Positions 8,928-18,665 of a stretch of DNA of 64,000 nt are shown piece after piece. Source of the DNA: an uncultured Thermoleophilaceae bacterium (GTDB taxonomy: Bacteria > Actinomycetota > Thermoleophilia > Solirubrobacterales > Thermoleophilaceae); contig CAZVRI010000003.1 of NCBI GenBank assembly GCA_964629855.1, positions 24,039-88,038 on the forward strand, in the 5' to 3' direction. Every line of letters begins with the position of its first letter. The first letter of the stretch is position 1. The notes under the pieces were generated by a model. The model did not search any database, was not told the origin of the DNA, and saw only the letters and a list, made by a program, of their open reading frames with translations. The translations under genes and the position numbers were made by a program.

Positions 8928-11900
8928 GTGAGCCTGATGACGACCTATGAGAGGACCTCAAGGATGAGAATTCCCCCGCCGATTGCGACCGGGCCTGTGG
9001 CAGCGGAGCGCGATGCTGCTCGTCCCCCGTCGTCGTCTAGCGGGATTGGTGCGTCCTCGCTCAGGATCGGTGGGCGCCTTGCGTGTGCTTGCGTTATTTC
9101 GGCTGCGGCTGCGCTGTCGCTAGTTTCTAGTGCCTGGGGCGCCAAGTACTACGACTCCAGCGTTGGAACCACTTCGGCGAGTCCCGCCCTCGGCGGAACA
9201 TTCGCCAGTGCGCCCCGGGACGTTGCGGTCAACGATCCCGGGATCGCTGACGGCAACGCTGCCGCGAACGGCGACTTCTATGTCGTGGACGATGCCAACC
9301 ACCGGATCCAGCGCTTCAACGCCGATGGGAGCTTCGACCTCGCGTGGGGCGCCGACGTGGTGACCGGGGGTACCACCAACTTCGAGATCTGTGCAAGCGC
9401 CGCTACCTGCAAGGTCGGCGTCGCGACCGGTCCGCCCGCCCCGACCACGAACCTGCTCAACGGGGCGCTGGATAACCCGCAGGGCATCGCGGTTGATCAG
9501 GACACCGGCAACGTCTACGTCTCGGACCGCGACAACCGCCGCATAAGCCAGTACACCGCCAATGGTGTCTTCGTCCGCTCGTTTGGCTTCGACGTTCTCG
9601 CCACTGCCAACGAGATTCAGACCGTCACAGTCGACGCATCGGGCGGATCCTTCACCATCAGCTTCGGCGCGGGAGGACCAGGCGTTGGCACGACAGGCGA
9701 CATCTCTGCTACCGCCACGAACGCTACCGTCGCCGCCGCTCTCAACGGGCTCACGAATGTCAACACCGGCGGGGGCAGTGTCACCGTCGCTGGAGGTCCC
9801 GGTGCTCCTGGAGGCGGCACCTACACCATCACCTTCAACGGGGGGCCGCTAGCGAACAGCGATGTCGCCCAGGTTGGCGTCGGTGCCAGCGCTGGAGATC
9901 CACTCACCGGTGGTGCGGCGACGATCTCCGCCGCGACCTCGCAGAACGGCTCCGCCGCCGGCGTCGGCTATGAGGTCTGCCAGGCCTCCAACGTCTGCAA
10001 GATAGGCGTAGGCGCGAATAACGCTTCGACCAGCTCGCCAGGCCCGAACCCGGGCCAGTTCTCCGCGGGAACGACCGCCAATGGCTATCGCCTTGACGTA
10101 TCGAAGCCCGACGGGAATCCAAGTACGGGGAAGGTCTTCCTGGCTAATACCGGCTCTCAGCGCGTCGAGACCTACAACTTGGACGGCAGCGCACCGTCTA
10201 ACTTCGGCAGCTCGGGGCAATTCACTTCGAACCAGCCGCTAGGCGTAGCCCTCGACTCGACCGGGATCGCCTACATCATCTCGGGCGGCGTCGGCGGTCC
10301 GCTAGCTCGCTACAGCACGGCGACCACGCAGTTCTTGGCGCCGATCTCGCTCTCGACGTTAACCGGCAATACGGCCAGTCGCGTTGGCGTTGAGATCGAC
10401 AGGGTCACCGGGCGCCTTTTCGTGGTCACTGGTAGCGCGACCGCTGGATTGTTTGAGATCGCCACGCCCGGAGGGACGCCGTCACTGGCTGGCAACTACC
10501 CGACCGCCTTCACCGCTAACTTCCAGCCGATTGGTGTCGGCGTCAACCCCGACACTGGCAAGGTCTTCATGCCGACATCGACGACGGCGCAGCGTGTCGT
10601 CGTCTTCGACGACGACGGCCTTTCTCCGATTCAGATCGGCCTTGAGCCGCCGACGAACGTTCAGGCGAATACGGCCGATCTTCACGCCACTATCAACCCT
10701 GCTCCCAACGGGCCGACCGGACAGCAGACCAGCTATCGCTTCGAGGTCTCCAAGGATGGCGTCAACTGGACTCAGGTAACCTCCAACACGGTGGTGCCCC
10801 CGAACGGCGACACCAACTTTGCCCAGTCAGTTCAGGCGCAAGGGACCAATCTTGAGCCCAACACCTCGTATCGCGTACGCGTGGTGGCCACCCGGGCCAA
10901 CAACTCGGGCGCTGCCACCTCAGCAGAGCTCGCATTTCTCACCGATCCCGCTCCGCCAGTCGTCGAGACGATCGCTGCTCAGCAGATCTCCGACACGTCG
11001 GCGCAGGTCGTCGGGCGCATCAACCCCGGTGGCCTGGCGACCAGCTATTGGTTTGAGTGGGGCGATGACGACTACGGAAATGTGGTGCCGGTTCCGGCAG
11101 GAAGTGCTGGCGCTGGGGGGGTCGCGAAGCTGGTGGTCGAGGCCCTAACCGGACTCGAGGCAGGACGGTTCTACCACTTCCGAATTTGTGCTCAGAACTC
11201 TTTGGCTTCCGGTGCGGTATGCGGCGGCGACCGGCTCTTCCAGACGCGTCCGACAGAGTCCCGAGCCGATGGAACACGCGTATACGAGATGGTCACGTCA
11301 CCCGACAAGGTTCTCCGCCGAGGCGGCAACAGCCAGTTCGACGACGCCGATATTCAGCGCTTCGTGAATGGTTACCCGTCGCTGGGCGGTGATCGGCTTC
11401 TGACCTATGTCTTCGCTGGCGTGCTCGACCCCGATGGCGGGGCGGCGTTCGCTCCTGACAACGGCTGGGAGGTCCGGTCGCGGACCTCCCAGGGGTGGCG
11501 AGGCGAGGCGATACTCAACGTTCCCCCGGTTTTCGGGTCGTCATCCTTCCTGATGCAGCTCCGCGGTCTATCCGCAGACATCAAGACCCAGGTATGGGAG
11601 ACGTTGGTCCCGATGTTCGAGTCGGGCGTAAAGCGATCGACCCACATTCTGGGCGACTCCGGCGGCCCACGGGCCGCCGGCTGGTACCCGTGGCTCGATA
11701 GTCCGTGGTACGCGGGCGCGGACTACGGCAATTACAGGACGGGCGCGGCGTTTATGGACGATGAGGGTGAGCGTCTGATTGGCCAGGACTTCACCAACGC
11801 CCCGCACTATCGGGACCTGAAGGGCCTAAACGATGCAACGACGCCGGCTGGCCTGACTCCGCCACAGACCTCAGGTCAGGCGGTCTTCCTGTTCGGGCCG

Positions 11901-13985
11901 CCTGCATGGGGTCCGCTTGACCTGATCAACGAGTGCACCGGCGTGGGCCCGACATCCACGCTGGTACCCGCGCGGGACGATGCGGGAACCCCCGGAGTTC
12001 CCGGCGACGACACGATCGCGGCACGGCAGTGCGGCGAGGGGTCGCCGACCGATGTCCGCGGCGCGACTCTGGGGGCGGTTACGCAACAGGGAGCGGTCTA
12101 CCTAGCTGGCAGCTCGGCGATGGCGATGTCGGACTCCGGCGATCGGGTGTTCTTCGCGAGCCCCGACCCCAATAAGCTTCCGGGTACCATTGATGCGAAC
12201 GCTGCGGCTTGCTCTGGCGTCGCAGCGCCGACTGGCGCTGCGACTACCTGCCCGCCGCAGTTGTTCGTCCGGCAGCTCGATGACGAGGGCAATCCGATGG
12301 TGCGGTGGATCTCGCGTCCCGAGGCCGCGGTCGGAACCCAGCAAATTGCGGCGTTCGGCGATGGTGCAGCGTTCGAGGGCGCTTCTCGCGACGGACGCGT
12401 GGCGTATTTCCGCACTGATGCGCCGTTGACGGCTGACGACCCCAATGGCGGCAACTCGATTACGGCGGGTCCTGCGTCGAGAAACTCTTGGGATCTCTAT
12501 CGATACGAGCTTCCAGCCGACAACGACGACGACCCTGCAGGTCCCGAGGCCGGTGGCTTGACTCGGATTTCTGGTGGTCCTGATGGTGACGCCGACGCCG
12601 CTACCAACACGACGGATGGCGCCGGTGGCGCTGCTCGCTTTGTATCGGACTCCGGCGACAGGGTGTATTTCGTGACGAGTGCACGGATCGGTGACGCCGA
12701 GGATCCATGGAACGCGGCTCCGAGCGGCGGAGCGACGGCTCCGGGTGGCGTCACGGCCAACGCCAGCGCCCGCAACCTCTACCTCTACGACGCAACGAAG
12801 TCGGGGGACGACGCCTATCGGTTCGTTGCGCAGGTTCCTTATCAGGCGCCTGGCGCGGCTGGTGTGGGACAGGACATGTGCGCCAGCAGCGGCACGACGG
12901 CCGTCCGGGGGTCGAGCGCAGCCGGCAATCTCGGGCTCGAGCCCTCCAACAACTTCGCGACGTGTGTCCGGGGGAGCAGCAGCGGCGACGCGATCGTGTT
13001 CGAGACGACTGGGCGGCTCACGGCCGACGACACCGACTCGGCTGGCGACGTGTATCTATACGAGGCAGACGTAAACCGATTGACCCGGTTGTCTGCTCCG
13101 CGCCCGGGATCAGCGCCCTACTACTGCCGAGGTAGCGCGGCTACGCCTTCTGGGTTCTGCAACGGCGATCTCGGCCTCGCGACCTCTACCAACACCTCCG
13201 GTGTGGAGGCTGGTCTGGCGGGTACGCGGCACTTCAATATCGCCGAGGATGGTTCGGGGGCGCTCCGGTCGGTCTTCTTCGAGAGTCGCTTGCCGCTTGT
13301 GGAGGATGACGTCAACACGACCATGGATGTCTACGAGTGGCGTGAAGGGAGGCTGGGTTTGGTGTCGCCTGGGATGTCCGGGGATTCGGCGTTCTACACC
13401 GGCAACTCTCGTGATGGTCGCGATGTCTTCTTCTGGACTGAGCAGCGAATCTCGGCTTGGGAGATCGACCCCCGCGATGGCGACATCTACACGGCCTCGT
13501 TGAGGCCCGATCGTCTGCCTGATCCGCCGTCCGCACCGGCCGTCTGCGGGGTGCTGGCTGATGGCTGCCAGGGAGGCGGCGCCGGTTCGGTTGCCGCCGC
13601 TCCGACGACCGATGCTGCGGGCGATGGCAATGCAAACCCCGGTGCTCGGAACACGATCTCGGTGGCGGCCGTTGGAGCGAAAGCGCGACGGCGCGCGGCG
13701 CGCAATGGGGTCGTGGCACTACGTGTGAGGTCGAGTAGCTCAGGCCGGGTTGGTGCTGTGGCCCGTGCGCGGCTGACGGGCGGCAGGTCGAAGTCCCTGG
13801 CGAGAGTAGCCAAGGGATCGGTGATCCTGAAGGCCGCCGGTACGGCCACTTTGCGTTTGCGTCTCAGCGAGGCGGCGCGCCGTCAGCTGCGTAGCGACCG
13901 GCCGCTGCGGTTGGCGATTGAGGTAACGATGACGGCCGCTCGCTCACGGACGATCACCGTACTTCTACGGGGGACCCGACGATGA
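8928..13985 (+). CDS. giant secreted mosaic protein: NHL repeats, Fn3-like domains, PD40/TolB-like beta-propeller repeats
   Basis: Signal-like ACACVISAAAALSLVSSAWG. NHL repeats (NHRIQRFNADGSFDLAWG; DNRRISQYTANGVFVRSFG; GSQRVETYNLDGS). Fn3-like segments (SYRFEVSKDGVNWTQV; SYWFEWGDDDYG). PD40-like repeats (DGRVAYFRTD; GDRVFFASPD; GDRVYFVTS; GDAIVFETTG; GRDVFFWTE). Alternative starts are at 8937 and 8964. Confidence 0.85.
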   Translation: MSLMTTYERTSRMRIPPPIATGPVAAERDAARPPSSSSGIGASSLRIGGRLACACVISAAAALSLVSSAWGAKYYDSSVGTTSASPALGGTFASAPRDVAVNDPGIADGNAAANGDFYVVDDANHRIQRFNADGSFDLAWGADVVTGGTTNFEICASAATCKVGVATGPPAPTTNLLNGALDNPQGIAVDQDTGNVYVSDRDNRRISQYTANGVFVRSFGFDVLATANEIQTVTVDASGGSFTISFGAGGPGVGTTGDISATATNATVAAALNGLTNVNTGGGSVTVAGGPGAPGGGTYTITFNGGPLANSDVAQVGVGASAGDPLTGGAATISAATSQNGSAAGVGYEVCQASNVCKIGVGANNASTSSPGPNPGQFSAGTTANGYRLDVSKPDGNPSTGKVFLANTGSQRVETYNLDGSAPSNFGSSGQFTSNQPLGVALDSTGIAYIISGGVGGPLARYSTATTQFLAPISLSTLTGNTASRVGVEIDRVTGRLFVVTGSATAGLFEIATPGGTPSLAGNYPTAFTANFQPIGVGVNPDTGKVFMPTSTTAQRVVVFDDDGLSPIQIGLEPPTNVQANTADLHATINPAPNGPTGQQTSYRFEVSKDGVNWTQVTSNTVVPPNGDTNFAQSVQAQGTNLEPNTSYRVRVVATRANNSGAATSAELAFLTDPAPPVVETIAAQQISDTSAQVVGRINPGGLATSYWFEWGDDDYGNVVPVPAGSAGAGGVAKLVVEALTGLEAGRFYHFRICAQNSLASGAVCGGDRLFQTRPTESRADGTRVYEMVTSPDKVLRRGGNSQFDDADIQRFVNGYPSLGGDRLLTYVFAGVLDPDGGAAFAPDNGWEVRSRTSQGWRGEAILNVPPVFGSSSFLMQLRGLSADIKTQVWETLVPMFESGVKRSTHILGDSGGPRAAGWYPWLDSPWYAGADYGNYRTGAAFMDDEGERLIGQDFTNAPHYRDLKGLNDATTPAGLTPPQTSGQAVFLFGPPAWGPLDLINECTGVGPTSTLVPARDDAGTPGVPGDDTIAARQCGEGSPTDVRGATLGAVTQQGAVYLAGSSAMAMSDSGDRVFFASPDPNKLPGTIDANAAACSGVAAPTGAATTCPPQLFVRQLDDEGNPMVRWISRPEAAVGTQQIAAFGDGAAFEGASRDGRVAYFRTDAPLTADDPNGGNSITAGPASRNSWDLYRYELPADNDDDPAGPEAGGLTRISGGPDGDADAATNTTDGAGGAARFVSDSGDRVYFVTSARIGDAEDPWNAAPSGGATAPGGVTANASARNLYLYDATKSGDDAYRFVAQVPYQAPGAAGVGQDMCASSGTTAVRGSSAAGNLGLEPSNNFATCVRGSSSGDAIVFETTGRLTADDTDSAGDVYLYEADVNRLTRLSAPRPGSAPYYCRGSAATPSGFCNGDLGLATSTNTSGVEAGLAGTRHFNIAEDGSGALRSVFFESRLPLVEDDVNTTMDVYEWREGRLGLVSPGMSGDSAFYTGNSRDGRDVFFWTEQRISAWEIDPRDGDIYTASLRPDRLPDPPSAPAVCGVLADGCQGGGAGSVAAAPTTDAAGDGNANPGARNTISVAAVGAKARRRAARNGVVALRVRSSSSGRVGAVARARLTGGRSKSLARVAKGSVILKAAGTATLRLRLSEAARRQLRSDRPLRLAIEVTMTAARSRTITVLLRGTRR

Positions 13986-16900
13986 CCGCCCAGACGCTGA
14001 TGGCCCTACGCCTGCGCAAGACGATCACCACCGAGGAGACAGCGACCAACATGTCCAACAACGACCTGGACACCGATCGGCACACCGCGAGCCAGCGACC
14101 CGCCCGGGGCAAGGACCGGCTAGCCGGCGCCGCATGGTTGCTGCTCGTGATTCTCGCGGCAGTCGCCTCGCTGCCGACCGCGTCGCACGCTCAGGGCTGG
14201 ACGATCGGCGAGAAGTTCAGCTTCGCGCAGACGACGACCCAGACCCCTGCGACTACTGCTCCGGCTTTCGCGGGTAACGACCGAGCGTTCTGGGCGGGTG
14301 TCTGCGACCTCACCAGCGCTGACACCAGTGGTGACGGCGTTGGCCTCGCCAACGGAGGAACCGCACCGCCGGCGAGTTACTCGAACTGCATCGACCATCC
14401 CCAAGGCGATATCGGCTTTGGAATCGGATTTCCGCCGATACCTCCATTGGCGCCGGGAGTTGCCGCGGGAGATTCCGGTGGTGAGGGATGGAGCGCCGGC
14501 GACCCAATCAACAATCCAGTTCCAGGCTGGCGGCTGACGGCGAGTACTCCGGCGGGTGCGCATCCGGATGGTACGGCCGCAGCTTGGCTCTCCCGGTCGC
14601 CGCTGATCGGCTTGGGTGACGCGAGTGGACAGTACAGGGTTCCCGACGGCGCTCCGCGTGATGTTGCCGTAAAGCTCCCCCCCGGAGTGGTGGGGAACCT
14701 CGCCGCGGTTCCGAAGTGTCCCGCCGATGCGGTCCGGACGGTTCCGACGACCTGTCCCCCCAAGACTCAGGTTGGCGTCGCGACGGTCTCTGTGGGCGTT
14801 GGGACCGGTGTCTATCCGATCTACAGCGTGGAGCCACGCGATGGCAAGACGGCGGAGTTCATCCTCTCGGGTCCGGGTATTGGTAGCGGGCTCAAGTCGA
14901 ACGTGCCGATCATCGCGACTGCTCGTACGGACGATGACTTCGGGGTGGAGGCGATGGCGATCCAGATCCCCGCAGGCTTGCCGCTCTTGGGCCAGACGGT
15001 GACCTTCTGGGGTGTGCCGTGGGCGGCGTCCCATGACCGGTTCCGCCCCGTGGCGGCCTACTGCGCCAACAGGACCAACGGTGGAGTAGATGGCGACGGA
15101 ATGTCTGTAAAGGGCCTGCCTGGTGGCACGGTGACCGGCGATGGTGGAAAGCAGTGCTCACAGGAGCCGCAGTCCTACGATCCGTCGTGGGGTCCGATCC
15201 GGTCGTTCCTGACGACGCAGACGAACTGCTCGGTCGTCGATCCGACGACTTCGATCAGGGCCACGAACTGGCATACGGGGACGGTCGCGTCTGAGACGTC
15301 TGTCGCCCCGCAGTTGACTGACTGTGGCGATGTGCCGTTCGGCGCGACTCTCAGCGCGGCGGCGACGTCGAGCAAGGCCGATGGTCCGACGGGCCTCGAT
15401 ATCGGGCTGTCGGTTCCGCAGCCGCTGAATCCACCGGCTGGGGTGCAGTTCAACCCGAGCGACGCTTCTGGCGCGCCGGCGTTCTGGCGCTCGGCGGCTG
15501 GCCGTACGACGAGCCACCTCGACAAGACAGTTGTGACCCTTCCCGAGGGCGTGTCGATCAATCCCTCTGGGGCGACCGGACTGGCTGGCTGCACGGACAG
15601 CGAGATTGGCGTCCGCCAGCTTGGTAGCCCGCCGCTCTTCAACAACGGCGATCCCTTCGACGATGACGCCAGCGATGGGGTCGAGTGCCCCGACGGCTCG
15701 ATCATCGGCACAGCCGAGGTCACGACTCCGCTACTCGAAGAGAAGCTGACCGGTGAGGTCGTGCTCGGAACCCCGAAGTCGACCGACCCCCAGTCGGGAG
15801 AGATGTTCAGGCTCTTCATCGTGCTCCGCAACCGCGAGCGTGCGCTGATTGCGAAGGTCTACGGCACGGCTGTCGCCGATCCGGCAACTGGGCGTGTGAC
15901 GGCAACGTTCGACAACAACCCACAGCTGCCTTTCAGCGACCTGTCGGTCGACATCAAGGGCGGCGATCGCGGAATGCTTGCGCTACCCCAAGGCTGTGTT
16001 AGCCGCGGATGGTCTGCCGAGCTCACTCCGTGGAGTGGGAACGCTCCGGAGCTCAATGGCGGGGACTTCACGACTACGACGAATTGCGCGACAGGCTTCG
16101 CTCCGAAGCTCGCCGCTGGCATGAGCAGCCAGCGTGCACGCGGGGGCGGAGCGTTCTCGTTCGCCTTCTCGCGTGAGGATGGGGAGCAGTACCTGCGCGG
16201 CTTGACTGCCAGCCTCCCGCCAGGATTGCTCGCGTCGGTCAAGGACGTCCCGCTCTGTACGGATGCTCAGGCCGGCGCCGGAAGCTGTCCGGAGGCCTCA
16301 CGAATTGGAATCGCGGACGCCACCGCTGGCTCTGGCGATCCGTTCGTGCTCGAGCAGAAGGGCGAGGTCTTCCTGACTGAGGGCTACAAGGGCGGGGAGT
16401 ACGGGCTAATGGTCAAGATCCGGCCCATCGCCGGCCCGTTCCGCGGGGCTTACGAGCTGTCGCCGATCGTCGTGCGTCAGGCAATCCATGTCGATCGCCG
16501 GACGGCGCAGGTCACCGCGATCTCCGATCCGTTCCCGATCATTCACCACGGCGTACCGCTGCGGACACGGTCTGTGACCGTGGTCATCGATCGCGGTGGG
16601 TTCATGCTGAACCCGTCGAACTGCTCGCCGAAGCAGGTCGGAGCTAAGATCGGATCGGTGGAGGGCGCCACCGCTGACCTCTCCAACCGCTTCCAGGTAT
16701 CTAACTGCGCGGCACTGCCGTTCAAGCCGAAGCTCGCGCTGAAGCTGACCGGGCGCAAGCAGATGACCACCGGGAAGCACCCCGGCGTGAACGCGGTCGT
16801 AACCCAGAACGGCGTCGGCGAGGCGGGCATCGCCCGAGCTGAGGTGCGACTGCCGAAGTCTCTCGCGCTCGATCCCAACAATGCGCAGGCCCTCTGTGAG

Positions 16901-17428
16901 TACGAGGAGGGGATCAAGGACGAGCCGAACTGCCCGCAGGGGTCGATCGTCGGTCGTGCTCGCGCCGTGTCGCCGCTGTTGAAGGAGCCCTTGGTCGGCA
17001 ATGTGTACTTCGTCAAGAACGTCCGTCGCGATCCGAACACGGGCAACCTGATTCGTACGTTGCCAATGCTGATCGTTGCGCTGCGCGGTGAGATCTCGAT
17101 CAACCTGCGCGGTGAGAGCGACACGACCGAGAACGGACGCTTGATCAACACCTTCGCTGCCGTTCCGGACGCGCCGATCTCGCAGTTCAATTTGAACGTC
17201 GCGGGGGGCAAGAGCGGGATTCTGGCGGTAACGCGAACTCGGGCGAGCAAGATCAACCTCTGCGCTCCCGGCAAGCATGTCGCCGAGGCGGACATGGACG
17301 GCCAGAACGGCAAGCGTCACGACTTCGACGTGCGGATGTCGACGCCGTGCACAAAGAAGCAGCGGCGAGCCGCCGCGAAGCGCGCCGCGGCAAAGCGGCG
17401 TGCGGCGGCGCGGAGTCGCCGGGGGTAG
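13982..17428 (+). CDS. large secreted repeat protein (four Cys-bracketed modules), basic tail
   Basis: Its ATG overlaps the upstream TGA (ATGA at 13982..13985). Hydrophobic segment AAWLLLVILAAVASLPTASHA. It has four modules with LP.G....C-x(6-25)-CP..S.IG.A.V...L.G.V. The C-terminal tail is KKQRRAAAKRAAAKRRAAARSRRG. Confidence 0.8.
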   Translation: MTAQTLMALRLRKTITTEETATNMSNNDLDTDRHTASQRPARGKDRLAGAAWLLLVILAAVASLPTASHAQGWTIGEKFSFAQTTTQTPATTAPAFAGNDRAFWAGVCDLTSADTSGDGVGLANGGTAPPASYSNCIDHPQGDIGFGIGFPPIPPLAPGVAAGDSGGEGWSAGDPINNPVPGWRLTASTPAGAHPDGTAAAWLSRSPLIGLGDASGQYRVPDGAPRDVAVKLPPGVVGNLAAVPKCPADAVRTVPTTCPPKTQVGVATVSVGVGTGVYPIYSVEPRDGKTAEFILSGPGIGSGLKSNVPIIATARTDDDFGVEAMAIQIPAGLPLLGQTVTFWGVPWAASHDRFRPVAAYCANRTNGGVDGDGMSVKGLPGGTVTGDGGKQCSQEPQSYDPSWGPIRSFLTTQTNCSVVDPTTSIRATNWHTGTVASETSVAPQLTDCGDVPFGATLSAAATSSKADGPTGLDIGLSVPQPLNPPAGVQFNPSDASGAPAFWRSAAGRTTSHLDKTVVTLPEGVSINPSGATGLAGCTDSEIGVRQLGSPPLFNNGDPFDDDASDGVECPDGSIIGTAEVTTPLLEEKLTGEVVLGTPKSTDPQSGEMFRLFIVLRNRERALIAKVYGTAVADPATGRVTATFDNNPQLPFSDLSVDIKGGDRGMLALPQGCVSRGWSAELTPWSGNAPELNGGDFTTTTNCATGFAPKLAAGMSSQRARGGGAFSFAFSREDGEQYLRGLTASLPPGLLASVKDVPLCTDAQAGAGSCPEASRIGIADATAGSGDPFVLEQKGEVFLTEGYKGGEYGLMVKIRPIAGPFRGAYELSPIVVRQAIHVDRRTAQVTAISDPFPIIHHGVPLRTRSVTVVIDRGGFMLNPSNCSPKQVGAKIGSVEGATADLSNRFQVSNCAALPFKPKLALKLTGRKQMTTGKHPGVNAVVTQNGVGEAGIARAEVRLPKSLALDPNNAQALCEYEEGIKDEPNCPQGSIVGRARAVSPLLKEPLVGNVYFVKNVRRDPNTGNLIRTLPMLIVALRGEISINLRGESDTTENGRLINTFAAVPDAPISQFNLNVAGGKSGILAVTRTRASKINLCAPGKHVAEADMDGQNGKRHDFDVRMSTPCTKKQRRAAAKRAAAKRRAAARSRRG

Positions 17429-17502
17429 GAGAGCTAAGCCGGGGCCGCCCCAGAGGGGCCCCGGCGATCGACTAACAGCGGAGTAGGGCTTGGAGGGAGC
17501 CT

Positions 17503-17970
17503 ATGTTCGGCCGTTATGTTCTGTGCATTGGGGTCGGGGCGGCCGCTCTTGCAGGCGGCGCCTGTGGAGGGGGAAGCGATCAGGACCAGATACGCACGGC
17601 GTTTAGCACGTTCCAGGACGCATTTGCCAAGGGCGAGTACGAGGATGCCTGCGCTGTAACGACGAGGGATGCTCAGCGTCATGTCGGCTATGCCTTCCGT
17701 GTCCCGGCTCGGTACGCGCCCAACGCCCCGCCCGAGAACTGCCCGCTTGACATGCGCAAGCTTGCGCGGCTGATGAAGCGCAACGAAGGCGCTCATGGCA
17801 CGGCGCTGCCGAGAATCGTACGGGTCGCTGTAGAGGGCGATCGCGCGACAGCCGTAATCGCGCTCGCTGGCTCCACCAGCCCGCTCGCGTTTGCGAGGGA
17901 CGGTGACGACTGGAAGATCGATGCTGTCTATGGCGCCGTGCCCGCCGGCGAGCAGCGAGACAAGTTCTAG
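17503..17970 (+). CDS. lipoprotein, NTF2-like paralog 3
   Basis: Lipobox LAGGAC-GGGSD. The C-terminus has VRVAVEGDRATAVIALAGSTSPLAFARDGDDWKIDAV. Confidence 0.7.
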   Translation: MFGRYVLCIGVGAAALAGGACGGGSDQDQIRTAFSTFQDAFAKGEYEDACAVTTRDAQRHVGYAFRVPARYAPNAPPENCPLDMRKLARLMKRNEGAHGTALPRIVRVAVEGDRATAVIALAGSTSPLAFARDGDDWKIDAVYGAVPAGEQRDKF

Positions 17971-18653
17971 TGGTGCGCTCTGGAGCTAAGGTGGTTGCGG
18001 CGCTGCTCTGGACGCTGGCCCTGGCCGCGATGTCTGCCTCCGCAACGGGCGCCCCCTCCCAGACGAAGGTCATCGACGAGAGTCGGCCAGCCCCCAGACC
18101 CTGCTCGCAGATCAGGAACGTGACCCCCTACTACCTAAAGGGCGGCTGCATTCTCGAGGAGGTCGGTTGGGGCGTCGACGCCTATGTACTGACGGCGATC
18201 GGAGAGATCAAGCTGGCGCACTGCGATCTCTTCATCGACATCCACGTCGATGGAGATGGGCGAGCCATGGTGGACGGATTCGGAGGCGCCGGCGGGACCT
18301 GCGATCGCCTCAACGTCTGCTTCTCGGGCGCCAACCGTCTCGCGCGCGTGCCCTTCAACGGCCGTCTGTATCGCGATCGCGCTGGCGAACTCCATCAGCA
18401 CATCGACATGTGCCTCGATACGACGATCGGCAGGTTTCGCGGCGGCTTCGACATACCGCTTCAGGATGACTACGAGGGCGTGTGGCGTAGCAAACGCGGA
18501 ATATCGATCCCGGTGGGATCGAGCGGTATGCGGCTTGTAGGAAAGTGGCGCCTAAAACGCAATATCGGCGACCGGTATGACGAAACAAGGCGCGCTACTC
18601 GGCTAAGCGTCCGGACCCGGCCAGGGGGGCCCGGACTGGACCCCCCTGGGTAG
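17970..18653 (+). CDS. secreted hypothetical protein (227 aa, Cys-containing)
   Basis: Its GTG overlaps the upstream TAG by 1 nt (TAGTG). Signal VVAALLWTLALAAMSASATGA. I recognise no family. Confidence 0.6.
   Translation: MVRSGAKVVAALLWTLALAAMSASATGAPSQTKVIDESRPAPRPCSQIRNVTPYYLKGGCILEEVGWGVDAYVLTAIGEIKLAHCDLFIDIHVDGDGRAMVDGFGGAGGTCDRLNVCFSGANRLARVPFNGRLYRDRAGELHQHIDMCLDTTIGRFRGGFDIPLQDDYEGVWRSKRGISIPVGSSGMRLVGKWRLKRNIGDRYDETRRATRLSVRTRPGGPGLDPPG
18621..18649. terminator. hairpin between convergent genes
   Basis: CCAGGGGGG-(11 nt)-CCCCCCTGG overlaps the last codons of 17970..18653 and lies 17 nt beyond the stop of 18666..19256. It could act in both directions. Confidence 0.4.
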
Positions 18654-18665
18654 GTCTGCTGCTGG

